Sequence record: NC_047776.2
Origin: Escherichia phage ESCO5
DNA length: 64,000 nt
Reading direction: 5' to 3' (one strand)
Made by a program: the position numbers and the translations under genes. Below, piece after piece: positions 19,032-29,311 of this stretch. The notes beneath the pieces are model-generated. The model was not told where the DNA came from. It was given only the letters and a program-made list of their open reading frames with translations, and ran no database searches. Position 1 is the stretch's first letter. Each line of letters begins with the position of its first letter.

Positions 19032-21797
19032 ATGTCAACTACAATTACTAATTTACCCGAAACATCAAAAGTTAATGGTTCTGATTACCTGGTTTTAGAC
19101 CAACCTGATAAGACTGTTAAAAGCACAGTTTCCAACTTTCTTACTGACACTGGGGTGGTTTTAGCCACCCAGTTAAAAGATATTTCTGGAGCTACCAAGT
19201 ACCCAGAACTTCAAATGTCACGCTGGAGAGATGAAGGTGATCCTAGAGGATGGGGAGCAGTAGGTGACGGAGCAACAGACGATACCAATGCCATAACACA
19301 GCTTCTTGCTGCTATGCCTGATGGATGGATTATTGATGGGCGTAATCTCACTTTCAAGGTTACAACACTACCAGATATAAGCAAGTTTAAAAACGCTGCT
19401 TTTGTTTACGAGCGTATTGTTGGACAACCCCTTACTTATGTATCTGAAGGTTTCTTCGATGGAAATCTGACAAAGATTACGGATACACCATTTTACAATG
19501 CTTGGACGCAAGATAAGACGTTTGTTTATGACAATGTTATATATGCACCATTTATGGCTGGCGAACGTCATGGTGTACAAAACCTCCATGTAGCGTGGGT
19601 TAAATCAGGAGATGATGGACAAACTTGGTCTATGCCAGAATGGTTAACTCCAATTCATCCTGATTATAATGCCTCTTCAGCAAACAAAGTTAACTATCAT
19701 TGTATGAGTATGGGCGTATGTGGTAATCGCCTATATGCAGTCATCGAAACCCGTTATTTATCTAACATGCGATTGAAGAAAGCAGAACTTTGGTCACGTC
19801 CAATGCCTTATTATAGAAGGCCAACTGGAGGTATAACAATTAGTTCTGGGTCTACTACGGCGACGATTGTTTTAGAAAAGCATGGTCTTAAAGTTGGAGA
19901 TGCTGTTAACTTTTCCAATTCAGGTGCAACTGGTGTATCTGGAAATATGACTGTTGCATCTGTAATTAACAAGGATACATTTACTGTTACATTAGCGAGT
20001 GCTGCCACATCTAATATAGATAATACAGGAACTACTTGGCATTTTGGAACACGTTTCTGGGATAGCCCTTGGGAAATTACAGAATTACCAGATGTTGCCT
20101 ATTCTACTAATGCAGACTTATGTGTTACAGAAACCCATAGTTTTACAGTTATAGATGATGATAATTACACTTTTGCTGTGGGTTATCACAATGGTGATGT
20201 TTCCCCAAGAAGATTAGGTATTTTGTATTTCAATAATGCTTACTCTGACCCAAGTTCTTTTACTCGTAGAACAATTAGTCAAGAATATGCTGACAATGCA
20301 GCAGAACCCTGCATTAAATATTATGATGGAATTTTATATTTAACTACTAGGGGTACTTCAACTTCTGCTGCTGGTTCTACATTAGCAATGAGTGCTGACC
20401 TTGGAGAAAACTGGAATTACTTAAGATTTCCTAACAACGTTCATCATACAAACCTACCATTTGCAAAAGTTGGTAACTACCTTTATATCTTTGGTACAGA
20501 ACGTTCATTTGGAGAATGGGAAGGAGAAGAACTAGATAATAGATATAAAGGTACGTATCCTCGAACGTTTATGTGCAAGATTAATGTATCTGCATGGCCT
20601 GCATCTTTATCCGATGTTCAATGGTTTAATATCACCGATCAGATGTATCAAGGGCATATTGTTAATTCTGCATGTGGTGTTGGTTCGGTATGTGTTAAAG
20701 ATGGTTGGTTATATTATATCTTTGGAGGCGAAGATTTCTTATCTCCTTGGTCTATTGGGGATAATAGTAAAAAATTATGGTACAAGCACGATGGTCATCC
20801 AGCCGATTTATATAGCTATAGACTAAAGATTACCGAACATGATTTTGTATCACGTGATTTCAAATATGGAGCTACGCCAAACCGTACATTGCCTGTATCT
20901 ATGGGTACAGATGGGGTAAGGCATGTCTCAGCCCCTGTAACTTTTGATAATGATGTGCAAGTACACTCTTTAACAGTTACTGGTCTTGAGCATGATGGGA
21001 CACAACAATCTGCCGTTAGAATAAAATTAGATGGTGATTATGGGGTTGTTGCAAAAAATGTCCCAATAAAAAATCCTTCTGAACAGCGACTAATCTTATG
21101 TGGAGGAGAAACTCCTTACGTTACTGATGGATCGCTATTACAACTATATGGTTCAAACCATACGTATCCAAACAGAGCAGTTTTATATGCCCCAGGAGGA
21201 GCATATACCCAAAATAATTTCATGCCATATTTAGATGGACAAGTTGCATTAGGTGGTGCATCTAACAGATGGTCAGAAGTGTACGCATCTACAGGAACCA
21301 TTAATACTTCAGATGGAACATTAAAAACTAAACCTACAGAGATTGAAGATATTTTACTGAAAGCGTGGGAAGATATTCATGTAATCTCTTATCAATGGCT
21401 GAGTGCTATCGCGGAGAAAGGAGATTCTGCGCGTATTCATTTTGGTGTTATAGCTCAAGATGTAAGAGATATTCTGATTAATTATGGTTTAATGGATGAA
21501 AATAGCACTGATTGTAAGTATGCTTTTCTGTGTTATGATGAATACCCTGCTATGTACGATAGTGTTGTTACGGGACAAAAAGAAATCCCTTTATTTGATG
21601 ATGAAGGGAATGTTGTAATTGATGAAGAAGGTAATCCAGTAACAATCGTAGAAGATGTTGTAGAAACTATCGAAATAATTCCAGCAGGATCGCGATGGGG
21701 TATCCGCGCTGACCAAATGTTTTTTATTGAGATGGCTTATCAACGTAAAAAGTTAAAAGCTCTTGAAGAAAGACTTGCAACCCTGGAAAGTAAATAA
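19032..21797 (+). CDS. tailspike with C-terminal intramolecular chaperone (peptidase S74-like) domain
   Basis: 921 aa; GAVGDGATDDTNAI pectate-lyase-type motif; C-terminal TSDGTLKTK...IHFGVIAQDV...LEERLATLESK resembles self-cleaving chaperone of endosialidases and L-shaped fibres. Confidence 0.6.
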   Translation: MSTTITNLPETSKVNGSDYLVLDQPDKTVKSTVSNFLTDTGVVLATQLKDISGATKYPELQMSRWRDEGDPRGWGAVGDGATDDTNAITQLLAAMPDGWIIDGRNLTFKVTTLPDISKFKNAAFVYERIVGQPLTYVSEGFFDGNLTKITDTPFYNAWTQDKTFVYDNVIYAPFMAGERHGVQNLHVAWVKSGDDGQTWSMPEWLTPIHPDYNASSANKVNYHCMSMGVCGNRLYAVIETRYLSNMRLKKAELWSRPMPYYRRPTGGITISSGSTTATIVLEKHGLKVGDAVNFSNSGATGVSGNMTVASVINKDTFTVTLASAATSNIDNTGTTWHFGTRFWDSPWEITELPDVAYSTNADLCVTETHSFTVIDDDNYTFAVGYHNGDVSPRRLGILYFNNAYSDPSSFTRRTISQEYADNAAEPCIKYYDGILYLTTRGTSTSAAGSTLAMSADLGENWNYLRFPNNVHHTNLPFAKVGNYLYIFGTERSFGEWEGEELDNRYKGTYPRTFMCKINVSAWPASLSDVQWFNITDQMYQGHIVNSACGVGSVCVKDGWLYYIFGGEDFLSPWSIGDNSKKLWYKHDGHPADLYSYRLKITEHDFVSRDFKYGATPNRTLPVSMGTDGVRHVSAPVTFDNDVQVHSLTVTGLEHDGTQQSAVRIKLDGDYGVVAKNVPIKNPSEQRLILCGGETPYVTDGSLLQLYGSNHTYPNRAVLYAPGGAYTQNNFMPYLDGQVALGGASNRWSEVYASTGTINTSDGTLKTKPTEIEDILLKAWEDIHVISYQWLSAIAEKGDSARIHFGVIAQDVRDILINYGLMDENSTDCKYAFLCYDEYPAMYDSVVTGQKEIPLFDDEGNVVIDEEGNPVTIVEDVVETIEIIPAGSRWGIRADQMFFIEMAYQRKKLKALEERLATLESK

Positions 21798-21825
21798 TAC
21801 CGCTTAGGCGGTATTTCAATCTTTA
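21797..21825 (+). terminator. rho-independent terminator
   Basis: ATACCGC-ttag-GCGGTAT followed by TTCAATCTTT. Confidence 0.6.
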
Positions 21826-21845
21826 TATCTCACTTAGAGGTACTC

Positions 21846-22109
21846 ATGGTTAAAGAGAAAAACGGTTTTAAAAAATTTATTCGCGGAATGTTCTGCACTT
21901 ACCCCGGCAACGGGGTAAGCTCTACGAAAGTCTGGAACGCTGTAGGCATGTCGGTTATGACAGGCATGTTTATCTTTTTAGGAATAGAAAAAGAAATTCC
22001 TGAATGGATGGGTTGGGCTTTTGTTTTCATGATAACCCCTTCTCGCCTCATGAAAAATCTTATTGATTTACGTTGGGGCAGATCACAATCTACCAAAGAG
22101 GATGACTAA
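21846..22109 (+). CDS. small membrane protein (two predicted TM segments)
   Basis: 87 aa; hydrophobic stretches AVGMSVMTGMFIFLGI and WMGWAFVFMITP; holin-like topology but located within the tail module. Confidence 0.45.
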   Translation: MVKEKNGFKKFIRGMFCTYPGNGVSSTKVWNAVGMSVMTGMFIFLGIEKEIPEWMGWAFVFMITPSRLMKNLIDLRWGRSQSTKEDD

Positions 22110-23596
22110 TGGACGAATATGGTTTGACAGATGCGGGATTTGTAATCCCGACTTTTGACGATGTTTTAAACAACTACATGACAGCAGTAAAAAACACATT
22201 TGGTGCAGATGCAGCCACTTCGGAAGATACTGTGATCGGACAACTGTTTAGAATAATTGCATACACAGATTACACATTGTGGGAAGGTATGCAAGGGGTT
22301 TATAATACTCAAACACTGGATGGTGCAGAAGGTATTTATCTTGACGAAATCTTTTCTAAACGTGGTTTCTATCGAGCAGGGGCAGCAGCAAGTACAGGTT
22401 ATGCATATGTTAAAAGTAATAACAAAGCAGCTTGGACTTACGAGTTAGGCACAGATATTTACTTCAACTCTGATAGCGATATGAACTACTATGTTAGCAC
22501 ACCAACTATGTTGAATGCTAAGATTGCAGCTTATCAAATTTCTCGTGCTAATGCCACTGCTACAGGTGTTCCAAATATTACTTTTTATGCACAAAGTGCG
22601 ATAGATGGAGGACTAAACAGTAAAACACTTGCACCTGGTTCTTCTACATTTATAGCCGATCTTGAAACTTTTATCAAGGCAAACTTAACAGAGGCTGATC
22701 GTAGTCTTGTATTTTCTGATTCTGGTAACTTGTCAATTGGTTTTACTTCTTTAACCAGTGATACTCCAGTGGGACTAGTAACTCCTATCAAATTTTATGC
22801 TAGTGTTCCAGTTGGAACCAAATGGAGTGAAATTCCGGTAGTTGCAGCAGAGAAAGGATACAATCCGGTGGGTGTGGAGTCTATTACAGGGATATCTTCT
22901 ACCTTTACAGGTTATCTTGATAGTGGTAACTTCTATTCGTTTTCTCCTGGTCGAGATGTTGAGACAGATGCAGAATTCCGCTCTCGTTTCAATGACAACG
23001 TTGACGAAGCTAACGCAGGGACACGAGCAGCTATTGTGAAAGCTCTGTTACTTACAGATGGTGTTACTAAGGTGAAGATTTATGATAACCCTACGTTACA
23101 TGATCAAGAACATGCTCCAGCTATGACTTTCCAGACTATAGTCTATGGAGGGAGTGCTGAAGAAGTTGCTGAAGTTATTTACAAAACTAAACCAATCAAC
23201 AGTTTGACACATGGAACAACTAACATAACTGTTACAACGGAAGACGGAGGACAAGAAATTATTCGTTTTTCTCCTGGTGCTTCTGCTACGTATTCCGTAA
23301 AACTTGTTTATCAAACTGTCAACGGAACAACTTTAAGTGGAACAGAAAAACAAAACATTGTAGAAGCTTTACAAAACCTGCAAGCTTACTTTGAATTAGG
23401 TTCTTCAGTAACGAACGATCAAATCAAAGGTGTTATTTATGCAGCACTTGCTTTTGGACGCTTGACTTCTCTTCGTGTTTATGTTAAACTTAATACTGAG
23501 GATGACAGTAAATATACAGAGAATAATATAGTTCCTGCTTATAATGTTGTCCCTTCTTTTGACCTTGATAACATTTCTTACGAGTATGGAGTGTAA
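22109..23596 (+). CDS. baseplate wedge protein (gpJ/gp6-like)
   Basis: 495 aa; N-terminal region typical of Baseplate_J family; followed by gpI-like gene. Confidence 0.6.
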   Translation: MDEYGLTDAGFVIPTFDDVLNNYMTAVKNTFGADAATSEDTVIGQLFRIIAYTDYTLWEGMQGVYNTQTLDGAEGIYLDEIFSKRGFYRAGAAASTGYAYVKSNNKAAWTYELGTDIYFNSDSDMNYYVSTPTMLNAKIAAYQISRANATATGVPNITFYAQSAIDGGLNSKTLAPGSSTFIADLETFIKANLTEADRSLVFSDSGNLSIGFTSLTSDTPVGLVTPIKFYASVPVGTKWSEIPVVAAEKGYNPVGVESITGISSTFTGYLDSGNFYSFSPGRDVETDAEFRSRFNDNVDEANAGTRAAIVKALLLTDGVTKVKIYDNPTLHDQEHAPAMTFQTIVYGGSAEEVAEVIYKTKPINSLTHGTTNITVTTEDGGQEIIRFSPGASATYSVKLVYQTVNGTTLSGTEKQNIVEALQNLQAYFELGSSVTNDQIKGVIYAALAFGRLTSLRVYVKLNTEDDSKYTENNIVPAYNVVPSFDLDNISYEYGV

Positions 23597-23598
23597 AA

Positions 23599-24228
23599 AT
23601 GGCAGTGAGTGTTGACCATGTAACAACTTGGGCCAGTATCAATGAAGATGTTAAAAACCTTCTGATTGAAGATTTTAAATCTTCTCCTAACATTGTCAAG
23701 CTCCTCTACATCGTATCCAGTGAAAAGCAAAAGATAGATCAGGCAATGATCTATCTTGCTAAACACCGCTTGATCTCCACAGCCACAGGCAAATACCTAG
23801 ATATCTTAGGAGAAGAAATGGGGATCGAACGTAATGGCTCTGATGATGAAGAGTATAGAACAATATTAAAAATCAGGGCTTACCGCGTAGCCTCATCGGG
23901 GACTCGTGGTGACATAATTGATATCTTCGCCCGTTTCACAGGAACAGAGCGTGAAACGCTTAATACTTACGTAGGTTTGAATAAAACCTTTGATGTGTTT
24001 TTCTACAACCTGTGTCTTCAATCTGATCAAGCTTTAGAGCAGTTGCTAAGTGTTTTCCCTATTATTAGTAGCTACCGTCTTGGAGCAAAAGCAGGATCAG
24101 CTTTTGGTTTTAGTTCTTATTATGCTGCCAAACCGCCTCATGGTATTGGTGGTTTAGGTTCCCTGTACATGGAATCTACTGGGGATGAAACAGGACGCAT
24201 GTGTACGCTTCTCAAGCAAATAGATTAA
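23599..24228 (+). CDS. baseplate wedge protein (gpI-like)
   Basis: 209 aa; position after J-like gene, before fibre gene (P2 order J-I-H-G). Confidence 0.5.
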   Translation: MAVSVDHVTTWASINEDVKNLLIEDFKSSPNIVKLLYIVSSEKQKIDQAMIYLAKHRLISTATGKYLDILGEEMGIERNGSDDEEYRTILKIRAYRVASSGTRGDIIDIFARFTGTERETLNTYVGLNKTFDVFFYNLCLQSDQALEQLLSVFPIISSYRLGAKAGSAFGFSSYYAAKPPHGIGGLGSLYMESTGDETGRMCTLLKQID

Positions 24229-24237
24229 GGAGTTTAA

Positions 24238-25299
24238 ATGGCGAAGCCAATATATTATCCTGACTGGGCTACACAAACTGTAACGCTCCCAGGAACTTTA
24301 AACACAAACAAAATTAGACCTAAAGAAACCATCCGCACAATTGGTATGGATTATGGTCAAATCATGACTTGCGAAGAAATGAACTGGATTCTTAATAATA
24401 TCGGTTTATGGATTCGCTATTTGGTGGATGACTTTCTTCCAACTTTACCTGATACTTACTTGCCTTTAATTGGAACTAAGATTACAATGGCAGGTGATGC
24501 TACTGGTGAGGCTACTTGGAATGGTAATAAAGAAGTTACTTTATCTATCCAAGTTCAAGATAATAGTCATAATCACTTGTCGGCAAACATTACAGATGCC
24601 ACTAGTTCAACAGTAACACCAAACGTGTTGGTAAAACGTGATGCAGGTGGTGCTATTTACGGTGGTGATATTTATGTTAATGGCACTTCCACAACAGATC
24701 CTGCAACACTGTTCTTCAAAAACTTTGCAGGACAAACGAATGGTGAGATTTCTGCCGAGTATCAAAGCGGAGGTCAGCTTTACATCTATCGTAGAAATCC
24801 TAGCACAGGTAGTGTATCGGCAGGTGTTCGTTTATATGATGCAGGTTATGTTCTAATAGATAATCCAAGATCAAACAGTGGACAAGACACTTCTAACGGA
24901 AATGCTTTAGTTCGTTTAGATTATCTGAACTCTCGTTTGACTTCCCTTCAGAATACATTGCAGACGAATATTAACACTGTTCAAAACAACTTGAATAATG
25001 TTAACAACAACCTCTCTTCTCGTATAAACAATGTAGAAAGTAATCATCAAAGTCAGATTACAAATAACTACAACTATGCTAACGGAACCTTTGTAAGAGA
25101 TATTCGTTATACTAGCCAAGGTGTGTATTATCCACCAGGGAACGAGGTTTCTTGGACTTATATCTGTTCTTCTGGTTATGTTCTTTCTGGTATTATCGTA
25201 CAGGAAACAGGACGTAGCTCTGCGGATAACATCGGTGGGGTTTACTTCAAACGCCTCCAGCGCAACGTTAACGGAAACTGGTACGATATTGGAGGCTAA
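24238..25299 (+). CDS. tail fibre protein
   Basis: 353 aa; Asn/Gln-rich heptad region NTLQTNINTVQNNLNNVNNNLSSRINNVESN; AAGGAG RBS. Confidence 0.6.
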   Translation: MAKPIYYPDWATQTVTLPGTLNTNKIRPKETIRTIGMDYGQIMTCEEMNWILNNIGLWIRYLVDDFLPTLPDTYLPLIGTKITMAGDATGEATWNGNKEVTLSIQVQDNSHNHLSANITDATSSTVTPNVLVKRDAGGAIYGGDIYVNGTSTTDPATLFFKNFAGQTNGEISAEYQSGGQLYIYRRNPSTGSVSAGVRLYDAGYVLIDNPRSNSGQDTSNGNALVRLDYLNSRLTSLQNTLQTNINTVQNNLNNVNNNLSSRINNVESNHQSQITNNYNYANGTFVRDIRYTSQGVYYPPGNEVSWTYICSSGYVLSGIIVQETGRSSADNIGGVYFKRLQRNVNGNWYDIGG

Positions 25300-25845
25300 A
25301 TGATATTTACAAACTTTAAAAAATATATTCCTGAAGACCCTGAACTAAAAGAATTGGTAGAAGCAGAGAACATTCTTTTTCTTCGTTGCGATCAAGGTTA
25401 CGATTGGTATGATTTACGTAGCACAGAATTCAATAACGATAAAATGAAAGTCGTTTTTGATGATCAAAATCGTATTGTGTTTTGGAATACTGATCCTACA
25501 CTACTTTGCCCTGAAGATCTTTCTATAGCACAAGTAGACTTTAACATAGATACTTTTGAGGATATTAGGAACAAGGTTCTGGATTTAGAAACCTTAACTC
25601 TTAAGAATAAAGAGTATTCCCGTGAAGAGTTGATGACACAAGCTAGTGCAAAAATTCGCTCTTTACAAGAAACAGCGGTAGCACTTATAACACCTTTACA
25701 GTATGCTAAAGATTTAGAAATGGCTACTGAAGACGAATTAGCTTATCTTAAAAATCTTCAAGTTTATGTAGTTAAACTAAATCGTGTTCCGCTTCAAAAA
25801 GACTATCCTTACGCTATAGATTGGCCTACATTACCGACAGAATAA
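25300..25845 (+). CDS. putative tail fibre assembly protein
   Basis: 181 aa; start overlaps fibre stop; position analogous to P2 gpG. Confidence 0.4.
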   Translation: MIFTNFKKYIPEDPELKELVEAENILFLRCDQGYDWYDLRSTEFNNDKMKVVFDDQNRIVFWNTDPTLLCPEDLSIAQVDFNIDTFEDIRNKVLDLETLTLKNKEYSREELMTQASAKIRSLQETAVALITPLQYAKDLEMATEDELAYLKNLQVYVVKLNRVPLQKDYPYAIDWPTLPTE

Positions 25846-25854
25846 GGGATCACT

Positions 25855-26190
25855 ATGGAATTTCAAGAAGCATGGGGACTTGCAAAGGATGCAATAATCC
25901 CTTTAATCGGAGTCATCTGGTTCTTTTTCAAACAAAAAATGGATAAATTCGGCTCTGATCTTGAGGAAATGGAGGAGAAAAGTCGAGAGCTAGAGAAGAA
26001 GTTGGTCTTTGTTGAATCAACTTATGCAACTAAAGCCGAACTTACCCAGATGCTAAATCAAATTAACTCTACATTAATGGCAAATAATAACACTCTTGAG
26101 CAAAAAATTGAAAAGATTATGGACCTCAAGAATGCGACTATCCAAATGATGCTAGATGACATAGTTAAACGTACACAGAATAAGGGGTAA
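25855..26190 (+). CDS. membrane-anchored coiled-coil protein
   Basis: 111 aa; N-terminal hydrophobic segment AIIPLIGVIWFFF followed by charged helical region. Confidence 0.45.
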   Translation: MEFQEAWGLAKDAIIPLIGVIWFFFKQKMDKFGSDLEEMEEKSRELEKKLVFVESTYATKAELTQMLNQINSTLMANNNTLEQKIEKIMDLKNATIQMMLDDIVKRTQNKG

Positions 26191-26193
26191 TTA

Positions 26194-29100
26194 ATGGCAA
26201 CATTCCCAACATATCCAGCAACGTCTCTCGAACAGGGCGTAGACCTGGTTATTTTCTCATCTAACCAACTCCATGATGTTATTAATGGAAGTGCTACAGA
26301 GAGTATTGAAACAGAATCAGGGTTGATACCAACCCTGAGAAAATCCCTTGTTGACAACTTTTTCTTTAAAAGCCCATTGGATTGGGCGCAAGGCACAAAC
26401 GAAACAGTTTTTAACCAACTACGTTATTTTCAGAATGGGGTATTGAGCGGTTATTATTATGCTCCTAATGCTACATTGGTAAACCCAATTCCTATGCAAG
26501 GGACTCCAGTAGGAGATAACAACTGGGTATTGTGGGGACTGAAGACAGAACAACTAGCAACAGAAGTCACCCCTTGGGTATATTCTGGTGCAACTGGTTA
26601 TGAAACAGTAATCAGTCCTCCCTACATCTTTGATAGTGCTATTGTTACAATCAATGGTGTTATTCAGGTTCTGGGAGAAGCTTTCCGCATAGAAGATAGT
26701 AAAATCATTTTATCTGAACCTTTGGGACATGATCCTGCAACAGGACTGCCAAACAAGCTTTTTGCCTATATTGGTAAAATCGTAGCTTCCGCAGATACAG
26801 ATCCTAACTTAGAAAACCGTCTTGTCAGTTTAGAAACAAAAACTGAAGAACTGACAGAAAACATGGATAAAGTACCTTTACAAACTATTGCTCGTAAATA
26901 CGGTTTGTTGGATGACGAAGTAGCTTACGCAACAGCGGGTCAATCATTAACAGGGATTAAAGCTCTGTATGATCCGGTAGCACAATCTTCCTACACATTG
27001 CCTCCTAACATCACAGGGACTTTAACATCTTTGTCTGTTTCTGGAGTAATGACTTATTCTGGCGGATCTGTAGATCTTTCTGCATTAGCTGTTGAACGTG
27101 GACAGTTTGTTCATTTGCCTACAAGCTTTGGTAATAATGTAACTCTGACAGCTAAAAATCAGACGATTGGGCGTGGCGCTGGTCGCTATCGTTGGGCGGG
27201 AAGTTTACCAAAAAGTATTTTAGCTTCTGATACATTGGAAACAAGTGGTGGATTAGGTCCAAATGCATGGGTTCTAACTAATACAGAAGGACTGTTAACC
27301 CCTCGTGGTGGAACATACAACGATTTATTCGATGTTGTCCGCTTATCAGAATTTGCTAACAATACAACTACCTATACCACACCAGAAGCAGCTTTCCAGG
27401 CGGCACTGTTAGCAGCAAAAGCTTCGAAAAGTAAGATTCTCGACGCTTACGGTTGTGATATGACTTTCACGACAAGCTCTTTTGATATTCAAGATATCAC
27501 TTTGCGTGGGGGTGTGTTCCGTGGTCAACGCGATTATCGTGTGCAAAATGCTACAGTAGAAGGCACAACTTTCCGTAACTCTCGTGTTATGTATTGGGGT
27601 GGTGCTGTGCGCATGTTCGATTGTTTGTGGGACGGTGCTCCTCGCGCAGGTCAAGTTGGTAGCTTGGTATTCCAAGGAAACCCAATATCAGGTACTTTTG
27701 AAATTGATAATTGTACTTTTAAAAACGGGTTATATGGCATCCTTCAACAAGGAACAGGGGAACCAGTAACACGCGGTGTCTTCCGTAACCTTACCTTCAT
27801 GGACATGCAAGGTGATGCAATAGAACTGAACGTCATCAATAAACATTATGATGATGGTTGTGTGATTGAGAATATTTACCTGTCTAATATTGATGGGACT
27901 AACGCTCCTATTCCTCTGTCCAACTGGGGTATCGGTATTGGTGTGGCTGGTAAAGGACCATATGGTTACGGAATTCCTGATGATCAATATTGCAAGAATA
28001 TTACAATTCGTAACGTTTTTGCAAAACGTTGTCGTCAGATTGTCCACGTAGAAGTTGGTCGTAATATTTCTATCGAAAACATTCATGGCGATCCAGATCA
28101 AACTGTATCTGTTGGGACAGGTTTGGCAACTGGCGCAGTTGTAATGTATGGAAGTAAAGATTTTACGATTGATGGTGTTTACGGAGAGCCTAAAACAGAC
28201 GGTAGCACACTTGCAAGTAATATCCGTATGATTTATTTGGAGTGGGGAACTAACGCAGTTCTGGATGAAGAGGGCAATCCGGTAGTTCCGGCACAGGGCA
28301 GACCTTCAAACCCATGCTTTAACTATTCTGTTCGTAACATTCACACCAAAACTGGGCGTGTTTTTGCAGGAGTTTCCGCTGGGCCAGGTTATGAAAACAG
28401 AGTCAGCTTTGAGAATATCCATTGTGCTGCGTTGCAGTTGTTCGGTGTAGCTTCTTGGCTTTCAATGTCTAACATCACCTGTAATATCTTTGATTGTGTT
28501 GGTCAACCTGAATCTGGTCCAGGGACATTTTATGATGGATTCTTCCGTAGAGAAAAATCTGTTCTTGAGATGGTTAACGTAAACTGTTACCCAGATGGCA
28601 AGACTATGGTTACTGGTCGCCCACAGTGGAGCCGTTGCCGTTACTCTGATATTCATCGTGTCAACTGTAATGTTGAAGCTAATATGTATACCAATATCGC
28701 AGGTGGTATTGGAGCTATTGTAGGGACAACTGGCAAAGTTTATTACTTAGAGCCTAACCCTAGCCGAAACATTGATGGGATGCATTTCCCAACAGGGAAG
28801 GAGTTTGACAAAGGGGATATGATAGTCAAAGCGGATAATACGTTCTTCCTTGTAACAACAAGTGGGGCATACATTCCAGATATCCCAGCTTTCGGTATTC
28901 GAGCTACACAAGCAGGAGATACCTTCCTGACACAGAACTTGACTCCTAATGGGACAGCAACAAACGCTTCTTGGTTGTATCACTATCCTCTGTCAGCAGG
29001 AACACGTATCCGTATTCCTGGTGCTGGTGTAGGTGGAGCAGATTTGGACACAGTTATTACTCGTGCACCTTATCAAGATAATGATACGTGGACTAACCCA

Positions 29101-29247
29101 GTTAAAATAGACATTGCAGATCCAATTGTAACGCCTACGAGTGCTGGAGTTAGAATCAAAACCATACCTAACGATTCTAGTAATGTTTCTGTAGGTAATA
29201 CTGCGGTTATTCGCCCAACACCAGTGGTAGATGTGCCAACAACCTAA
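26194..29247 (+). CDS. tailspike, right-handed parallel beta-helix (pectin-lyase fold)
   Basis: 1017 aa; repeated NxxVxNxxF / GxxI beta-helix rungs (e.g. VFRNLTFMDMQGDAIELNVINKHYDDGCVIENIYLSNIDGTN). Confidence 0.6.
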   Translation: MATFPTYPATSLEQGVDLVIFSSNQLHDVINGSATESIETESGLIPTLRKSLVDNFFFKSPLDWAQGTNETVFNQLRYFQNGVLSGYYYAPNATLVNPIPMQGTPVGDNNWVLWGLKTEQLATEVTPWVYSGATGYETVISPPYIFDSAIVTINGVIQVLGEAFRIEDSKIILSEPLGHDPATGLPNKLFAYIGKIVASADTDPNLENRLVSLETKTEELTENMDKVPLQTIARKYGLLDDEVAYATAGQSLTGIKALYDPVAQSSYTLPPNITGTLTSLSVSGVMTYSGGSVDLSALAVERGQFVHLPTSFGNNVTLTAKNQTIGRGAGRYRWAGSLPKSILASDTLETSGGLGPNAWVLTNTEGLLTPRGGTYNDLFDVVRLSEFANNTTTYTTPEAAFQAALLAAKASKSKILDAYGCDMTFTTSSFDIQDITLRGGVFRGQRDYRVQNATVEGTTFRNSRVMYWGGAVRMFDCLWDGAPRAGQVGSLVFQGNPISGTFEIDNCTFKNGLYGILQQGTGEPVTRGVFRNLTFMDMQGDAIELNVINKHYDDGCVIENIYLSNIDGTNAPIPLSNWGIGIGVAGKGPYGYGIPDDQYCKNITIRNVFAKRCRQIVHVEVGRNISIENIHGDPDQTVSVGTGLATGAVVMYGSKDFTIDGVYGEPKTDGSTLASNIRMIYLEWGTNAVLDEEGNPVVPAQGRPSNPCFNYSVRNIHTKTGRVFAGVSAGPGYENRVSFENIHCAALQLFGVASWLSMSNITCNIFDCVGQPESGPGTFYDGFFRREKSVLEMVNVNCYPDGKTMVTGRPQWSRCRYSDIHRVNCNVEANMYTNIAGGIGAIVGTTGKVYYLEPNPSRNIDGMHFPTGKEFDKGDMIVKADNTFFLVTTSGAYIPDIPAFGIRATQAGDTFLTQNLTPNGTATNASWLYHYPLSAGTRIRIPGAGVGGADLDTVITRAPYQDNDTWTNPVKIDIADPIVTPTSAGVRIKTIPNDSSNVSVGNTAVIRPTPVVDVPTT

Positions 29248-29255
29248 TGGAAATA

Positions 29256-29282
29256 GAGAGGGGGATTCCCCCTCTTCTTCCA
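29256..29282 (+). terminator. stem-loop / terminator
   Basis: GAGAGGGGG-att-CCCCCTCTC followed by TTCTTCC. Confidence 0.5.
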
Positions 29283-29311
29283 ATAGAATGGTCTAATAAT
29301 AGGAGAGATAA

